64,000 nt of DNA from Zygnema circumcarinatum SAG 698-1b (Eukaryota > Plantae > Zygnematophyceae): positions 372,001 to 436,000 of the forward strand of contig CM074821.1 in the NCBI GenBank assembly GCA_037447605.1, written 5' to 3'. Shown here one piece after another: positions 22,401 to 35,000 of the stretch. Within the stretch, counting starts at the first letter, position 1, and the number at the start of each line of letters is the position of its first letter. The translations under genes and the position numbers were made by a program. Under the pieces are notes generated by a model, which was not told where the DNA came from, did not search any database, and saw nothing but the letters and a program-made list of their open reading frames with translations.

Positions 22401-23699
22401 AAAAAATAGAAGAAAAAAAAAGCAAAGCGGGTCCATGACAAATTCAACGAGCCATCGTATTCCACATTGGAAAAAAAAAGGATGATGCACTGTAGCAAAC
22501 ATTCGCCTGCTCATGCGGACCTTCTTTGCAGAAGGATCCTTGATCTTCTTGGGGGGAAGGAAGTCCCAGTCATCATAGAGTGATCCTGCCTTCTTCTCCT
22601 CTCCATCAATCAAGATCTTGTATGTGTTGTCTGGCTTGATGATCCAAGTATAGACGTGTGACAGCTCATCCGTCTCACAGGTAACAGTTGGCTTCATCAG
22701 CAAGTTCTTGCCTTTGTAGGTAAAGATTGCATGGACACGCTTCGTGCTGTATCCGCAAATGTCCGGGCCAAACATGAGGCTGCAACACGAATAAACTATG
22801 CATATTTGTTAGTTTCTAAGATACCACTCCATGCAAGATACACAACATCACTTTAGAAGTCTATAAAAAAGCCTTTGCACACCAATGTAAGAGTGAGCAA
22901 CCACATTCCATGTCAACGCTGTATATTCCTTAAAAACTGTTAAACATGCATTGAACATACGAAACGGATGTCGAAAAATGAGAGACGATAGTTATCACGC
23001 ACCCGTAGGGAGTGTCTCCACCAAATGACTTGGCCTCCACCTCAGGCAACAGCTTGATGTATCCACCTCCACAGTCAATCTTTTGCTCATGCTTCACCTG
23101 GAACTGCAGGACCAAGTCCTTCCCCTTGTTGCTGAACTCCTCAGTCAGTGGGGCAGAGATGGCGTAGAACCGCGCATCAGGAGACGTCTGAATACCTGCG
23201 CCACTCCACAGCTAAAAAAATGTTAAGTAATAAAATCACTCGTGCAGGGCGAACCGACATTGAGCTGCACAACAAGCAATCAAAATTATGAAACAGCAAC
23301 TCACCCTTTTCTGCCTCCTCATCAAAGTGAAACTTCCCTGCCGAGTGCAGCCACTCTCCAGCTGCATCATCCGACTTCTTCCAGTCGGACACAGCCCATC
23401 TCTCCTTGTACGTATCTGCACAGCCCGACGAAGCACAAAGCAGCCACTGCCACAATCACTATCAATCAATGTGCACTATCAGACATCGACCAGATCCTGC
23501 ATGTGTCACTCATCTTTCAGATGAATGCCATCAGAGAAATGACGAGATCAGAAAACTGCACATCTCTGCTTCACGCCTTCCCCAACAACTACCATCTCCT
23601 TGGACACCTACCGTCAAATGTCTCCTTGAAGTAAACCTTCGCAGAAGCTGCGGAAAAACATCCCAACAGCAGAACCAACAGGCCGTATACCCTCCCCAT
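19442..23699 (-). CDS. CRT: Calreticulin
   Basis: Signal peptide [20 protein letters not shown]|KVYFKETFD (exon 23699-23612). Motifs: [37 protein letters not shown]-domain repeats ([28 protein letters not shown]), [10 protein letters not shown] and an acidic tail. The last exon is EHDEL-stop (TGA at 19444-19442). Confidence 0.97.
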
Positions 23700-25307
23700 C
23701 CTGCTTCCTCACAATTTCGTTCCCAACTCTCCTTCCCTTTCCCTCTTTCTCCTCTCTAACTCCTCTCTCTCTCTCCGCCGCCAATGTCCCTCACACAATG
23801 CAGAATTCCTGCCCTTGAGAGGCTCCAAATCACAAGAGGCTCTGCCGGACTCTTTCTGGAAGATTGCAAGAGATTCGCAGCGTTCACACGTGCCGGTCCA
23901 CTTCACCCCTGCGAGTTCAACATCTTGACTACTGCCCAAATGTTAATCCTGTTTTGCGAGAGTTAAACCTACGAATAGACCTCCACGCCTGCCCACAGCC
24001 GTCGATTGAGCCTATGAATGCACGAATCGAGGGCCTAACATTCGTCACGTGGACGACCAAAGATTCCCTTACGAATCTTCTCCCGAGTAGATCCAGGGAC
24101 CAGCCTGTGAACCGAGAAGTCCGGCCGTTGATCCGTCGTCCACTGTTTTGACCGAGCCGGCCGTCGTCCAGGCAAGAATTTGGGCAGTGCCGCCCGGGGC
24201 CGGTTTGGCGGAAGTGGTCGGTGCAGCCAATGGGAGGCACGGTCAGCGAGCGGTCGACCAATGGGGGGCCGCGTGACGTGCAGAGGAGGCGCTGATTGGC
24301 GGAGAGAGAGGCCGCCCGACGTGGAACCTCCCACGGGGGAACAGGCTTAACTGCCCCGACGACAATTCGCGACTACGAATTGGGGGAGATCTGATTCTGG
24401 GAGTGAGTTTGGGAGAGCACATGGTTGTTGTTGACAAGTGTTGATGTTGTTGTGCAAGTTTTCTAGACATGAACTGTGTGGTAGCCATGTACTATGTACG
24501 TTCTAACAGCCACAACATCGTCGGAGGAGGACATTTGGGCCCTATGAAAGCAACCTTATCCACATGATCCAGTTTTTCTACAATCCCCAACAAAATTCAG
24601 AGTACTCCACAACCCCATTGTACAATGTTATTGCAGTACGTGAACAACAACAAACCCATGGTTCCTCACATTGTCCTCCCTGCACATGTGAGAGTTTCAT
24701 GCCTCTCCTTCCCCCCCAACACGCTCTAGGAGCATGGGGACGACCGAACTGCCCATGCCAACCCTCGACAAAGTAAAGTTTGGTCCGTACAAAAATTCAT
24801 CTCGGAAAGGTTTATTTTTTACAAGTCATCGAAATCCCGCCAATTAGAATGTGCCACGTGGAATTGTAACGAATGAGTGTCTTCCAAATGCTGACCGCGG
24901 GCAGGTTGAAATCTATCCTGGTTATGTCAGCTACACATGACTTTATCAAGGATCCATCGATAAAGTACTATCAGAGCTCGCACCATCATATTGACATGTG
25001 TTTTACCCTTCTAAAATGTTGACATTCTGTCGCTGAAATTTTAGGGTTAAGATCCTCTCGGGACTGTGCTGAAGAGGTATCCAAATCATATGCTATATAG
25101 TTACTTCAGTGAAAAATTTTCTTTCTCGGAGCATGGAATTTGGCTTCCTTCAAACTACAAAATTTACAGTTTGAAGAGTTTTGAAGCTGGAGTCATTACG
25201 TTTTAGGGTTAGGGTTACGGTTTGGGTTAGGCTCTTGAGAGCATAAGAGATTTTAGAAGAAGGGTCCGGGGTCCAAAGCAAAGATTTTGGGGTTCAGGTG
25301 GTCTGCT

Positions 25308-27130
25308 ATGGCGCAGATGATAGGGAAGGCGCAGGTGGATGCTTCACTCACGTATTCAGGTGACCCTCCTGCCGATCATGGCTCCCAGAACAGGAAAAAT
25401 GTCACCATTTTATGAGCTAAAAAAAGAAAAAATAAAAGAAAAAACAAAGAAAACTGAAAAATTGGGCAGAAAAAGTCGCCTTTTGTGTGGGCATTTTTTT
25501 TCTGAGACCTTCATGTGCTTCTGCTCCCACCACCCCCCTTCCCTCCCTCCTCCCTACCACCCCCTCGCCCCCTCCTCTCCCCCCCCCCCCTCTCCCGCTC
25601 CTGCATTTCTCCCTCTCGGCCCACAGCCTTCATCTTTCCCACTCTCCGTCTCTCTTCTCCTCCCCTCATCTCCTTGTCCCCCCTCTTCCTCTCCCTCTCC
25701 CCCTCTCCCTCTCCCTTCCCTCCCCCCCCGCCTCCCTCTCTTCCCCCTCCCAACACCCCCCTCCTCCCTCCCTACAACCCCCTCCCTCCCCCATCCCTCC
25801 CCCCATTCCCTCCCCCCTCCCTCCCCCNNNNNNNNNNCCCTCTCTCCTCCCTCGTCCAATGCCTGTTTGCATGAGCACATGCAGGTCTCATAGAGAAGCT
25901 GCGAGAAGCCTTTTCTCATTCCCATACTTACCAAGTCCCTGCGCGCCATCATCACACCGTTGCAACATCCGCCGGTCCGGACGGAACGCTCCTTCTCATG
26001 CCTGCGTGGACCAATCGCAGCCCGACAGGTGGCGCATGCTCCCCACCCAAGTTTTCACCTCCAAATGAACATTTTCTTTCCGCGAAAAGGATATTCTTTT
26101 TGCTCGCTCATTCCTGTCAAAAATGCGCCTTTCTATGAATTTTCTTGACCATGCTCCCTGTCATGACATCCATTTTCCATTTGTGAGAACAAATTTTAGT
26201 TACTTTTGCCCTTCCCCCACTTCACCTGTTTCTCTCTCGGTCTTTTGGTCGGATAGGTTTTATGGGCGTCAAGCTTGTTACTGCATTTCCGGGAAATTCA
26301 AATCGAGGTCTTCCAGCCATCATGGGCTCCTATTTTCTATGCTCCGCTGAAACTGGCGAACCGTTAGCTGTTATCGACGGAACTGCGTTAACTGCATGGA
26401 GAACAGCGTGTGCGTCGGCTCTTGCAGCAGATTACCTTGCAAGGTACTCGTTTTAGACACTCCTTTTCTATGATCTCTCACCCCTCCATTATATGAACAT
26501 ATCACAGAACTGTCTCTGTGGGTTTTCAGGAAAAAACCGGAAATTTTAGTGATGGTCGGAGCCGGGACCTTGGCTCCCCATTTAATCAAAGCACATGTAT
26601 CCGTCAGAAAGACGATTCGGGAAATATTGATTTGGAATCGGACCCATGTGAACGCTCTATCTTTGGCTTCGAGACTCAAGGAAGAGAACTGCCCCCTCTT
26701 GAAAGACGTTCAGATTCGAGCTATTTCCAACCTCGAAGACGGCGTTCGCATTGCAGATGTGGTTTCTTGCGCCACTCTCTCAGTGGAGCCAATCGTGAAA
26801 GGGGAGTGGCTAAAAAGGGGGGTCCATATCGACCTTGTTGGGTCCTTCAAAAGGACTATGAGAGAGGTGGATGACTTAGCGGTCCAGAAGAGTAAAATTT
26901 TTGTGGATACAAGGGAGGGGGCATTGGGAGAAGCAGGGGATTTGGTGGATCCAATGTCTCGGGGGGTTATTAAGACTGAAGATATTATCGGGGAATTGAC
27001 AGATTTGACGAGTGGAAGCACGGCGGGTCGATTGCATGAAGATGAAATTACTTTATTCAAGTCTGTGGGCTATGCTTTGGAGGACCTCGTGGCGGCGGAA
27101 CTCGTGTATGAGCAGGTGCTTGCAGAATGA
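25308..27130 (+). CDS. SARD4: Ornithine cyclodeaminase / mu-crystallin family protein (SARD4-like)
   Basis: Phase-consistent exons are 25308-25359, 25885-26028, 26257-26443 and 26530-27130. Motifs: LLLMPAW, GVKLVT.FP.N, DGT.LT..RTA..SALA, Rossmann VGAG.LA, IWNRT, SCAT, VDTREGAL.EAGDL, FKSVG.ALED. Confidence 0.9.
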
Positions 27131-28134
27131 CTAAGTCTGTGCTTATGTTTTTTTTACAGATTCAGCTAGGCCTATAGTCTTCTCAGTTTCTTTTAACTTT
27201 ACAGGTTTAGAAGTTAGCATAGTCCTTTAGTCTCCGTTTCTTTCTTATTGTTTAAAAACTTGAACTGGTCCTTTACAGGTTAAGTGATTTAGGTTTCAGT
27301 ATGTAACCTGTCACGATGTGGAAGTGATGTAAGTGGTTTACTTAATTGTATGTAGTTTTTGAGAAATCAGTCTGTAGTGGTAGAAACCAGCTTCATATTT
27401 TTATAGCTTCTTACTTGCAGCCTCATCTTTGACTTTCATCCAAGGCCTTCCGGTTTGCTGTTAGAAACTGAGTCCTAAATGGGAGCAAACTCCGGTTTTT
27501 TGGAGTTTGTAGGGTTAGGAGCCATGCCATGTAACAATGGGGCACATTTGTACATGCCATCCATGTCCATCTCATGAGTTCAAACCCAAACAAACTTGCA
27601 TGCCCAAAACCCAAACGGAAAAACCCTAATTGTAGTCTGCAGTTTTGCTTTTGGACCTTTTCTTTTGGGTACCGTTCCTCCTTCCCCATTGCCATTTTTT
27701 GCTTTTGAGCCTTTTGACAACTTTTGATTAGACAACAAAAAAAGGAAAATGATACTCCGCACCCCCATTTTGGATTCCCACCCCCCCTGTTTCGAATTTC
27801 CCGCCCTTTTATTCTGGATATATCCCCCCCTGTTTTTTCCTTTTCACTAGTTACTTCCAACATGGTGCAACAAAAGAGAAGGGGATTTGCATTGATCTCA
27901 CGATGGCGAGGCCATCAAATGTACATGGACAAAGTTAGCATGGGAAACTACGAAGAACTGGTTACAAAGGACCTAAGCACAAAAGAAGAAAACTAAGAGC
28001 AGAAAATTATGCCTATGCACAAAGATGCAACCCTAAAAGCAGCCGCGAAGGTCATTGATGTGGGGGAACTATTACTCTTTGTTTTAGGGATAGGATCATG
28101 GGTCATAAAGACAGGGAAAAGCATTCCTTTTCTA

Positions 28135-28944
28135 TTAATTAGGGCAAGTTCTTAAGTTGTGGCCTGGTTGCTTGCAATTAGAACATTTGTTACCCACAAT
28201 GTTGTCGAAATGGCTCTTGTCCTGGTTGATTGCCAGATTTCGCTCGCCACTATTTCGACCTCGTTTCATTGAAACAGGAACAGGGTGAGGGTTCTCCAAC
28301 TGCAGTGGTTCGCAAGCCAAAACTTCATCTACCTTCGATGCAAGGGCCAAAGTTGCTGAGGAATCGTTTGCATAAAGCATGCTTGTCAATGCCTTGATAG
28401 TCTTTGCCCGTGGTGATAACGATGGTTCAGTTTCAGGGGGTCTCGTTTTTTCCACAATAGAGGTTCGACCAGCTGAATCTCTCCTCATTGCAGCAATCTC
28501 ATTGTACACTACTCTTTTGGTTGTATGGTGGTTATTGTACTGGGATCGTAGAGTAGACATAATGGATGAAACGCTGTCGCCGTTTCGTGCCATCTCTCGA
28601 ACACATTCCTTCTCGCGAGTATCCAAGCGCTTATTCTCGGCGTACCCACTGGAAATTAAATGGTTGTGCTCTTCAACGACAGATGTTACAACCCAGACGT
28701 CCTTCTTCTTGGAAAATGCCGCCCTAATGTTGAAAGGGCAATTTTTCAAGCGGGTGGAGGTATGCCTCTTCTTGCTACTCCCTTCCAGACCTCTATCCTC
28801 GTAGGTCCCCCCGCTTAAGCATTGCAAGAAGAGTCGGCGACTGTCGCTATGCCTGCCGATCTTGATGTGAACTCCTTCCTGCTTGTAGTGCTCGGTGATG
28901 ACTTGTACAAGCTCATCGCGGGTCTTATACTCAGGTGGTGGCAT
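28135..28944 (-). CDS. MULE-transposase-derived protein (269 aa): FAR1/WRKY-GCM1-type DNA-binding domain plus C-terminal CCHC knuckle, no DDE/SWIM core
   Basis: Uninterrupted ORF from MPPPEY. It contains LQC..GG.Y...[16 protein letters not shown]...[12 protein letters not shown], then a helix-turn-helix-like segment, and ends KRGR...[17 protein letters not shown]. Confidence 0.75.
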   Translation of the reverse strand: MPPPEYKTRDELVQVITEHYKQEGVHIKIGRHSDSRRLFLQCLSGGTYEDRGLEGSSKKRHTSTRLKNCPFNIRAAFSKKKDVWVVTSVVEEHNHLISSGYAENKRLDTREKECVREMARNGDSVSSIMSTLRSQYNNHHTTKRVVYNEIAAMRRDSAGRTSIVEKTRPPETEPSLSPRAKTIKALTSMLYANDSSATLALASKVDEVLACEPLQLENPHPVPVSMKRGRNSGERNLAINQDKSHFDNIVGNKCSNCKQPGHNLRTCPN

Positions 28945-29589
28945 TTGTGTGGAGATTGCAAACCGAGAAGAGGAGAGAAGAGGAGGGGAGGGGAGGGCAC
29001 GGGAGAGAAGGGAACGGAAGGGGAGGGGAAGGGAGAAAAGAGAAGAGAACGGGAGGGGAGGGGAGGGGAGGGAACGGGAAGTGAGGGGAGGGGAGGGGAA
29101 GGGAGGGGACGGGAGGGGAGGGCAGGGGAGAGAAGGGGGAGAGAAGGGAACGGGAGGGGAGGGGAGGGGAGGGAACGGGAAGGGAGGGGAGGGGAGGGAA
29201 CGGGAAGGGAGGGGAGGGGAGGGGAGGGAGGGGAGGGAACGGGAAGGGAGGGGAGGGGGAGGGACGGGAGGGGAGGGCAGGGGAGAGCAGGGAACCGGAG
29301 GGGAGGGGAGGGACGGGGTATGATTGTCCCCAAAAAAAGTTGAAGTTTGAAGTTCAAAGTCCGTTTGTCCCAAAAATTCGAAGTTTACTGAAACTCCACA
29401 ATCGAAATTCATGATTTCAGAATTCTCAAGTCCATCTGCCCCGGATTTCGCACAATAGATGCGGGTTTTGCAGAATACCGTACGGTACCAAAACGTTCAC
29501 ACGCTGAGGCTGTATGGTGTTGCGAGTCTCGTCAGGCGCTACTTTCAAGTTCTTTCACCGATTCGGTTCGCATTTTCCGCATGTTGAGC

Positions 29590-29673
29590 TCGGAATTCAG
29601 AATTCAGAATTTGGAATTCAGAATACGGAATTCAGAATTTGGAATTCAGGATACGGAATTCAGAATGAAATTC
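29590..29673. repeat. GAATTCA-based 7/14-bp minisatellite
   Basis: Directly visible (ggaattcagaattcagaatttggaattcagaatacggaattc...). Confidence 0.8.
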
Positions 29674-29882
29674 GGCCCTTTTGGCGGAGCGCCCCTCAAT
29701 CTGAACTTTCCCGCCCTCTCCATCTCCCTCTCCCTCTCCTCCCTCTCCATCAGCTCCTCTCCTATCCTGCTCCCCCTCCCTCTCTCTCCCCCTTTCGATA
29801 ATTTCTCGGCCCTATCTCCCTCCTTCTCTCTGTCTCTTTCCTTTCCTCTCTCTCTCCCTCCTCTTTCTTCCGATAAGCCCAA

Positions 29883-31294
29883 ATGCAGCAGGGAAAGCGA
29901 CAGCTGTCAGACGGTGATTGCGTGTTTGACAGAGGGGATTCAAAGCATCGCAAATACGACCAGCCCGCCATCTTCGGTGCTCTCTCTCTCTCTCTCTCTC
30001 TCCCCCAACCACCTGCTATCCTTCTCTCCCTCTCTTCTCCCTCCCTCTCTACTTCTTCACCCTCTCTTTACTCCCAACTCTCACCCCCCCCCCGCCCCCT
30101 CCCCAACGCCTCCCTCCAACATCCCTCTCCTTCTTTCTCTGCAATTGTGCAAGATTAATTGTTCCTCTGCTTTACTTTAGCACTGCTTTGGATTCTTCTC
30201 CGCAGAGCACACCTTGAAGCTTCTCAGAGAAGGCGCTCGTCTCAGCTCCTCTTGCTCCTTCCCCTTCCCTTCAACGTCTCCCACTCCAAGAAGGGAAGCT
30301 CTTCAATTTCAGAAAAGTGGGGTCTTGAAATGTGGGAAAGGAGTCCATTTCGATGGACCGCAAATCAGAGAAGCACTCCTGCAGGCGCAGGACATTGGCT
30401 GTGATTGCGCTCAGGAGAGCGGAGGAAGCGTGAGGAGGGAGCCCGTTTGTTCCGTTTGTGAGCGACAGGCGGGAGGGGTTCCTTGTGCGCTCTGCCCGTA
30501 AGTATTCAGAGCACACTTTTTTTCCCTCTTGCATTATACATTGGCCTTTCTCACATTTCTCTCTCTCTCTCTCCGTCTCCGTCTCCCTCCCCCCTTCTGC
30601 CCTCCCTCTCTCTCTCGTTTTCTCTCTCCTCTCTGTCACTCCGATTCCTTTGCCTTCCTTTACTCTCTCTCCCCTTTTCTGGCCCTCTTACTCTCACACA
30701 ATATGGGGTATGCTTTGCAGGAGAAGCATTTGTGAAGCGTGCACTCGGCAGTGTGAAGCATGTGATGGGATGTTCTGCCCTGCCTGCTCCACCACCAAGT
30801 GAGCTGCGCTGCCTTTTCCTTCATAGTCAATTGTCCTATGGATTTTTCGACATTTATCAGTGTCTAGCTCATACACAGAAAGCTTTCAACGTCATGCTGA
30901 GAGTCTGGAAGCAAGTTGTGAACAGTCGTAGACGTAAAGCAAGTAGTTCTTCACGACAAGGAAGTTGTGAACTACTAAGCTTGCTCAATACTATCATTCT
31001 TTACTTTTTCATTCAGAAAGTATAGTAGAATTTGAAATCAGCGTCTGATTTGGTTTACTTGGGGTTTAATTTCATTTTATGCATCGCAGTTTTGAGGAGC
31101 GATTTGATCGAACGTTCTGCATCGACTGCAACTTGGAAGAAAGTATTATCCGGAAGGCGAATGAAAAGCATTCCAATGTTATAGAAGGCAATGGTGTTTA
31201 TCGCGGTACTCCATGTCACCAATTAGGGTTAAATAAGGCGTTCTTTACCTCTCTATCACAAAAATCTTGCTCTAGAAACTCCACCTTGTCGTAG
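29883..31294 (+). CDS. SIVA: SIVA-like zinc-finger protein
   Basis: Phase-consistent exons are 29883-29976, 30206-30497, 30721-30798 and 31090-31294. AIFEHTLKLLREGA resembles SIVA1 EVFEKTKRLLFLGA. The C-terminal CSVC..CALC..ICEACTRQCEAC...CPACSTTNFEERFDRTFCIDC has the SIVA cysteine spacing as recalled. Confidence 0.75.
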
Positions 31295-32099
31295 CTCTAA
31301 TGCTTTTAGTTTTAGTGAGTGCTGATGCCCCTGAAGTTCACGATATTCGTTATTTTTTAGATCTGTAGGTTGCAGCATTACTGAGTATCCTGTGTACCCT
31401 TAGTCACCTTCTGAAGATTTCAGAAGAATACTGCACTGCAATCAATGCACTGTGTGCCAGCATAGGAGCTTTCTGGGTTTCAACGATCATTAACGATCAT
31501 AACTGGTCATTGTCTAATTAGGTTTTAGGCTTTCTTACTTTTTAAGAAGCTTTGGAAAAAGCATGTTCCTGTTTTTGTGTTCCTTCACAAAAATAATCCT
31601 TTTTTGTACCCGTTCTTTGTATGGGAAACAAAATGATGCGTTCGTTGTATGAAGTCTAGACGAGCGGATGTAATGCTTCTGATATACATGTTGTACGTTT
31701 AAAATTGTGTGATGTCTCAGCTACGTAATGAAGGCAAGGTCTAATAAAGTGCAGGTAACATAGCTTCCAGAACCTCCTCGTCTTTCAGAGTTGGGCCATT
31801 TCTGAATGGAGCCTTTGCTTCCCTCTTGTCTCCTGCTCTTCTGGGAGCAGTCGCTACTCTCTACTAAGAGAGGCTCTGAATTCTACTCACAGACTCGTGG
31901 TTTCCCTGCCTGTGCTACTAATTCACATGCCTTCTATCCCCTCTTCTTCTCTCCTTGTCCAGCTGCCGATTTGACTGACCAATTGACCAATCACAACCCC
32001 ACAAGGCAGCTATCCCCCAAAGCATGCCTCTAGTACCTCCAAAATGTCTCATAACTGCTCCCTAACAAATCTTACTCTCCTCTGCTCTCTCACATTTTT

Positions 32100-35000
32100 T
32101 TATGAGGCGTGGTAGACTGTAGACCTTAGAAACTCCGCCACTTCTTTATAAAGAGCGAACCGGTTGAGTACCGTCCGGTTACCTTCAAGAAACCTAAAAT
32201 TCGCCTCCTCAAAAACGAATTCAAGAGGAGTGTCCGGACGGAGGAGACTGAGGGCTTGCCTTATAGTAAACCCAAAATCTGTCTTCATAGGGAAGGGTTT
32301 GGGAGCCAAGGGATGGGTCTCAAGACCAAGCATCTTCACCTCCTTCATTAGCTGCGGGAGAGAGAAAGACTGTCCTCCTCCCGTACTCTCCACTCCCATA
32401 GGAATGCTTTGAATCCCTCCCACTGCTATAGTGCGAATGCCTGCTATCTCCTTCAGAACAGCCACAAGGAGGGCGCAGGTAGACTGACAGAGCCCATTTG
32501 TGAGAAGGAAAATGTTGTTCTTCTCAAACACTTGAAGCTTCATCTCCAAAACACTGCGAATCTCCTCTTGAAGCTGGTCGTAGAACTTGCTTGAAAAATT
32601 CTCTTTCACCCCTCCCCAACTCTGAACGACAGTGGGAAAGAAAAAGTCACTTGCCTTTGTGAAGGGCCTTCCGGAAACGTCGGACCATTCTGACCAATGG
32701 AAGAGAGAGTTGGTCACGTTGTCCTGAGTAGCTTGGTTGACAAAAGAGAGCATGAGAGGGGAGGCTCGGAATTGGGTCGGAAAAACGGCGAAGTTTTGGG
32801 GGGAGAGAGCGGCTGCTATAGAGTAGCCGTCACTAATCCTCCCTCCGCCATTGTTGCTCAGGTCCAATATAAGGTGGTGGGCTCCCTCGGAGCTGGAAAA
32901 GGAGAAGAAGCAAAGGGAGGGAGGCTCTTAAATAGGGCGTCAAGCTCATAGAGAACAGCTCGTTTGGAAGGGGTTTCAGCATTCAGTAATGTGGTTAGAG
33001 AGAGATTGGGTGAGGGGGAGAGAGGAGGGAGAGGGGGAGAGGAGGAAGGGGGGAGGGGGAGAGGGAAAGGGGGTGGGGTGAAAGAGAGAGAGGGATCGAA
33101 AGAAAGAAAGAGAGAATGTGTGTGGGTGTGTGAGAGAGAGAGTGAGAGAGAGAGAGAGAGAGGGAGGGAGGGAAATAACCTGAGTCGTGAGAGTGCTTCT
33201 GCGAACTGGCGGACCAGTGCGGAGGGCTTCAAATTGGAGGGAGTGGAGAGCTGCTCGCTGGGGACTATGAGCACGCCCACGTCCGTGTTCAGCACAAGGC
33301 CACCCTGCGGGACAAAGGGAAGGAGGGAGAGAGATAGGAGAGGGAGAGTGAGAGGAGAGGGAGGGAGAGAGGTAGGAGAGGGAGAGTGAGAGGAGAGGGA
33401 GGGAGAAAGATAGGAGAGGGAGAGGGAGAGGAGAGGGAGGGAGAGAGATAGGAGAGGGAGAGTGAGAGGAGAGGGAAGGAGAGAGATAGGAGAGGGAGAG
33501 TGAGAGGAGAGGGAGAGTGAGAGGAGAGGGAGGGAGAGAGGGGAGGGAGGGAGGGAGAGAAATAGTGGGAGAGAGTGGGGGAGGGGGAGGGGAAGGGAGG
33601 GGGAAAGGGGAGAGAAGGGGAGGGAGGAAAGGAGGTCTCACTCATGAAGACATTGAGACAGAGTTCTACCAAAATAGAAAGATAGAATCATTACAGGAGC
33701 AAGGCATGCAAACATTTAATGGCAAACCCGAAGAACTATAATCAGAGATCGCAAATTTAACATGTAAAGGGCATACGAAAATAGATTGCTCGCACCACAA
33801 AAAGCAAAAAACGAGCCTCACCTTAACATACTCGTTGTATAGGAATCTGAAGTTGTCCTTTTCCGACATTCTCGGCGGAACAGGGTTGTGCTCCGACTTC
33901 AAACGTCGCCTATGCATGCGAAACTCCTCTTCCTCTCCCTCTCCCTCTCCCACACTCTCCCTCTCCCTCTCCTCCTCGTCGTCACTCTCCTCATCGCTCC
34001 CCCCTTCGGGCACAACACAGTTGAGATTGTAATATTGTGCAGCGGAAAAAAAAGGCTCTCCCCAATACTCCACCACCCAGGGGGCTTCCAAAACCTCAAT
34101 TTTCTCTTCTCCCACTCTGTAACACAGCAATAATAATATTAATAATGATAGTATATTATTTCCAAAAAAAAAAAGGATCACCTTTTTTGAGCTTATGAAG
34201 CCCATCACTGAATGCAAAGGTTGAATTTTAAAACTGAAGTTATAAAAGGTGGAGGCAGAGATGAAGGTTTAGGGTTTTTTTTTTTTGGGAGATACCTTTT
34301 TACATGCATCCGAATTGAGTCATTTTTTGGGACAGTCCGGCGCGATGCGAAACTTCCCGGATTTGTAAATTCGGAGCTTCTGAATTGATTTTCTCGATCC
34401 GCTCTACATCCAAAAATTAAAAATACAAAAAAAAGATTTCATGATACTTTCGACCTCGTGACATACAGGAGAGACCCAGTACTCAAATATTTCCCAAAGA
34501 AAAAAAAAAGAAATATGAAAAGTAAAAACAACTCAAAGAAACACTGAGAACTCCGAAGCAGGAGTAAGCTTGTACTCGATAAAAAATAATAGAAACAAAA
34601 AACATATATAAATACATCAAATGTGAAAACGAAATATGCTTTTTTTTCACAATAATTTGAAGCTGCTCCCACCTGTAAAAGTTGCGAGCGAGTACAAAAT
34701 TAAAACGTGAATTTACGTCCCTTGTATTCCCTCCCTCCCTGTCCGCCCACAGCGCCACGTGGCGCCCTGCAGGCTCGCCCTCTATGAGGACCACCTCCGC
34801 ATTCCCATAGTCGCTCACATTTACGTCCAAACGCTTCTCAGTTTCAGTTACGACTTCCGTTCCAGCATCTGTTGAACAGCACGGGACATAGAAATGGCTT
34901 TTCTTGGAACTCCGCCTTCGTTCATCTCTCGAGGGAATTGACTGAGAAGTGAGATGGGAGAAGGAAGGAACAAGAGGAAAACTCAAACCGCAACTCTCTC

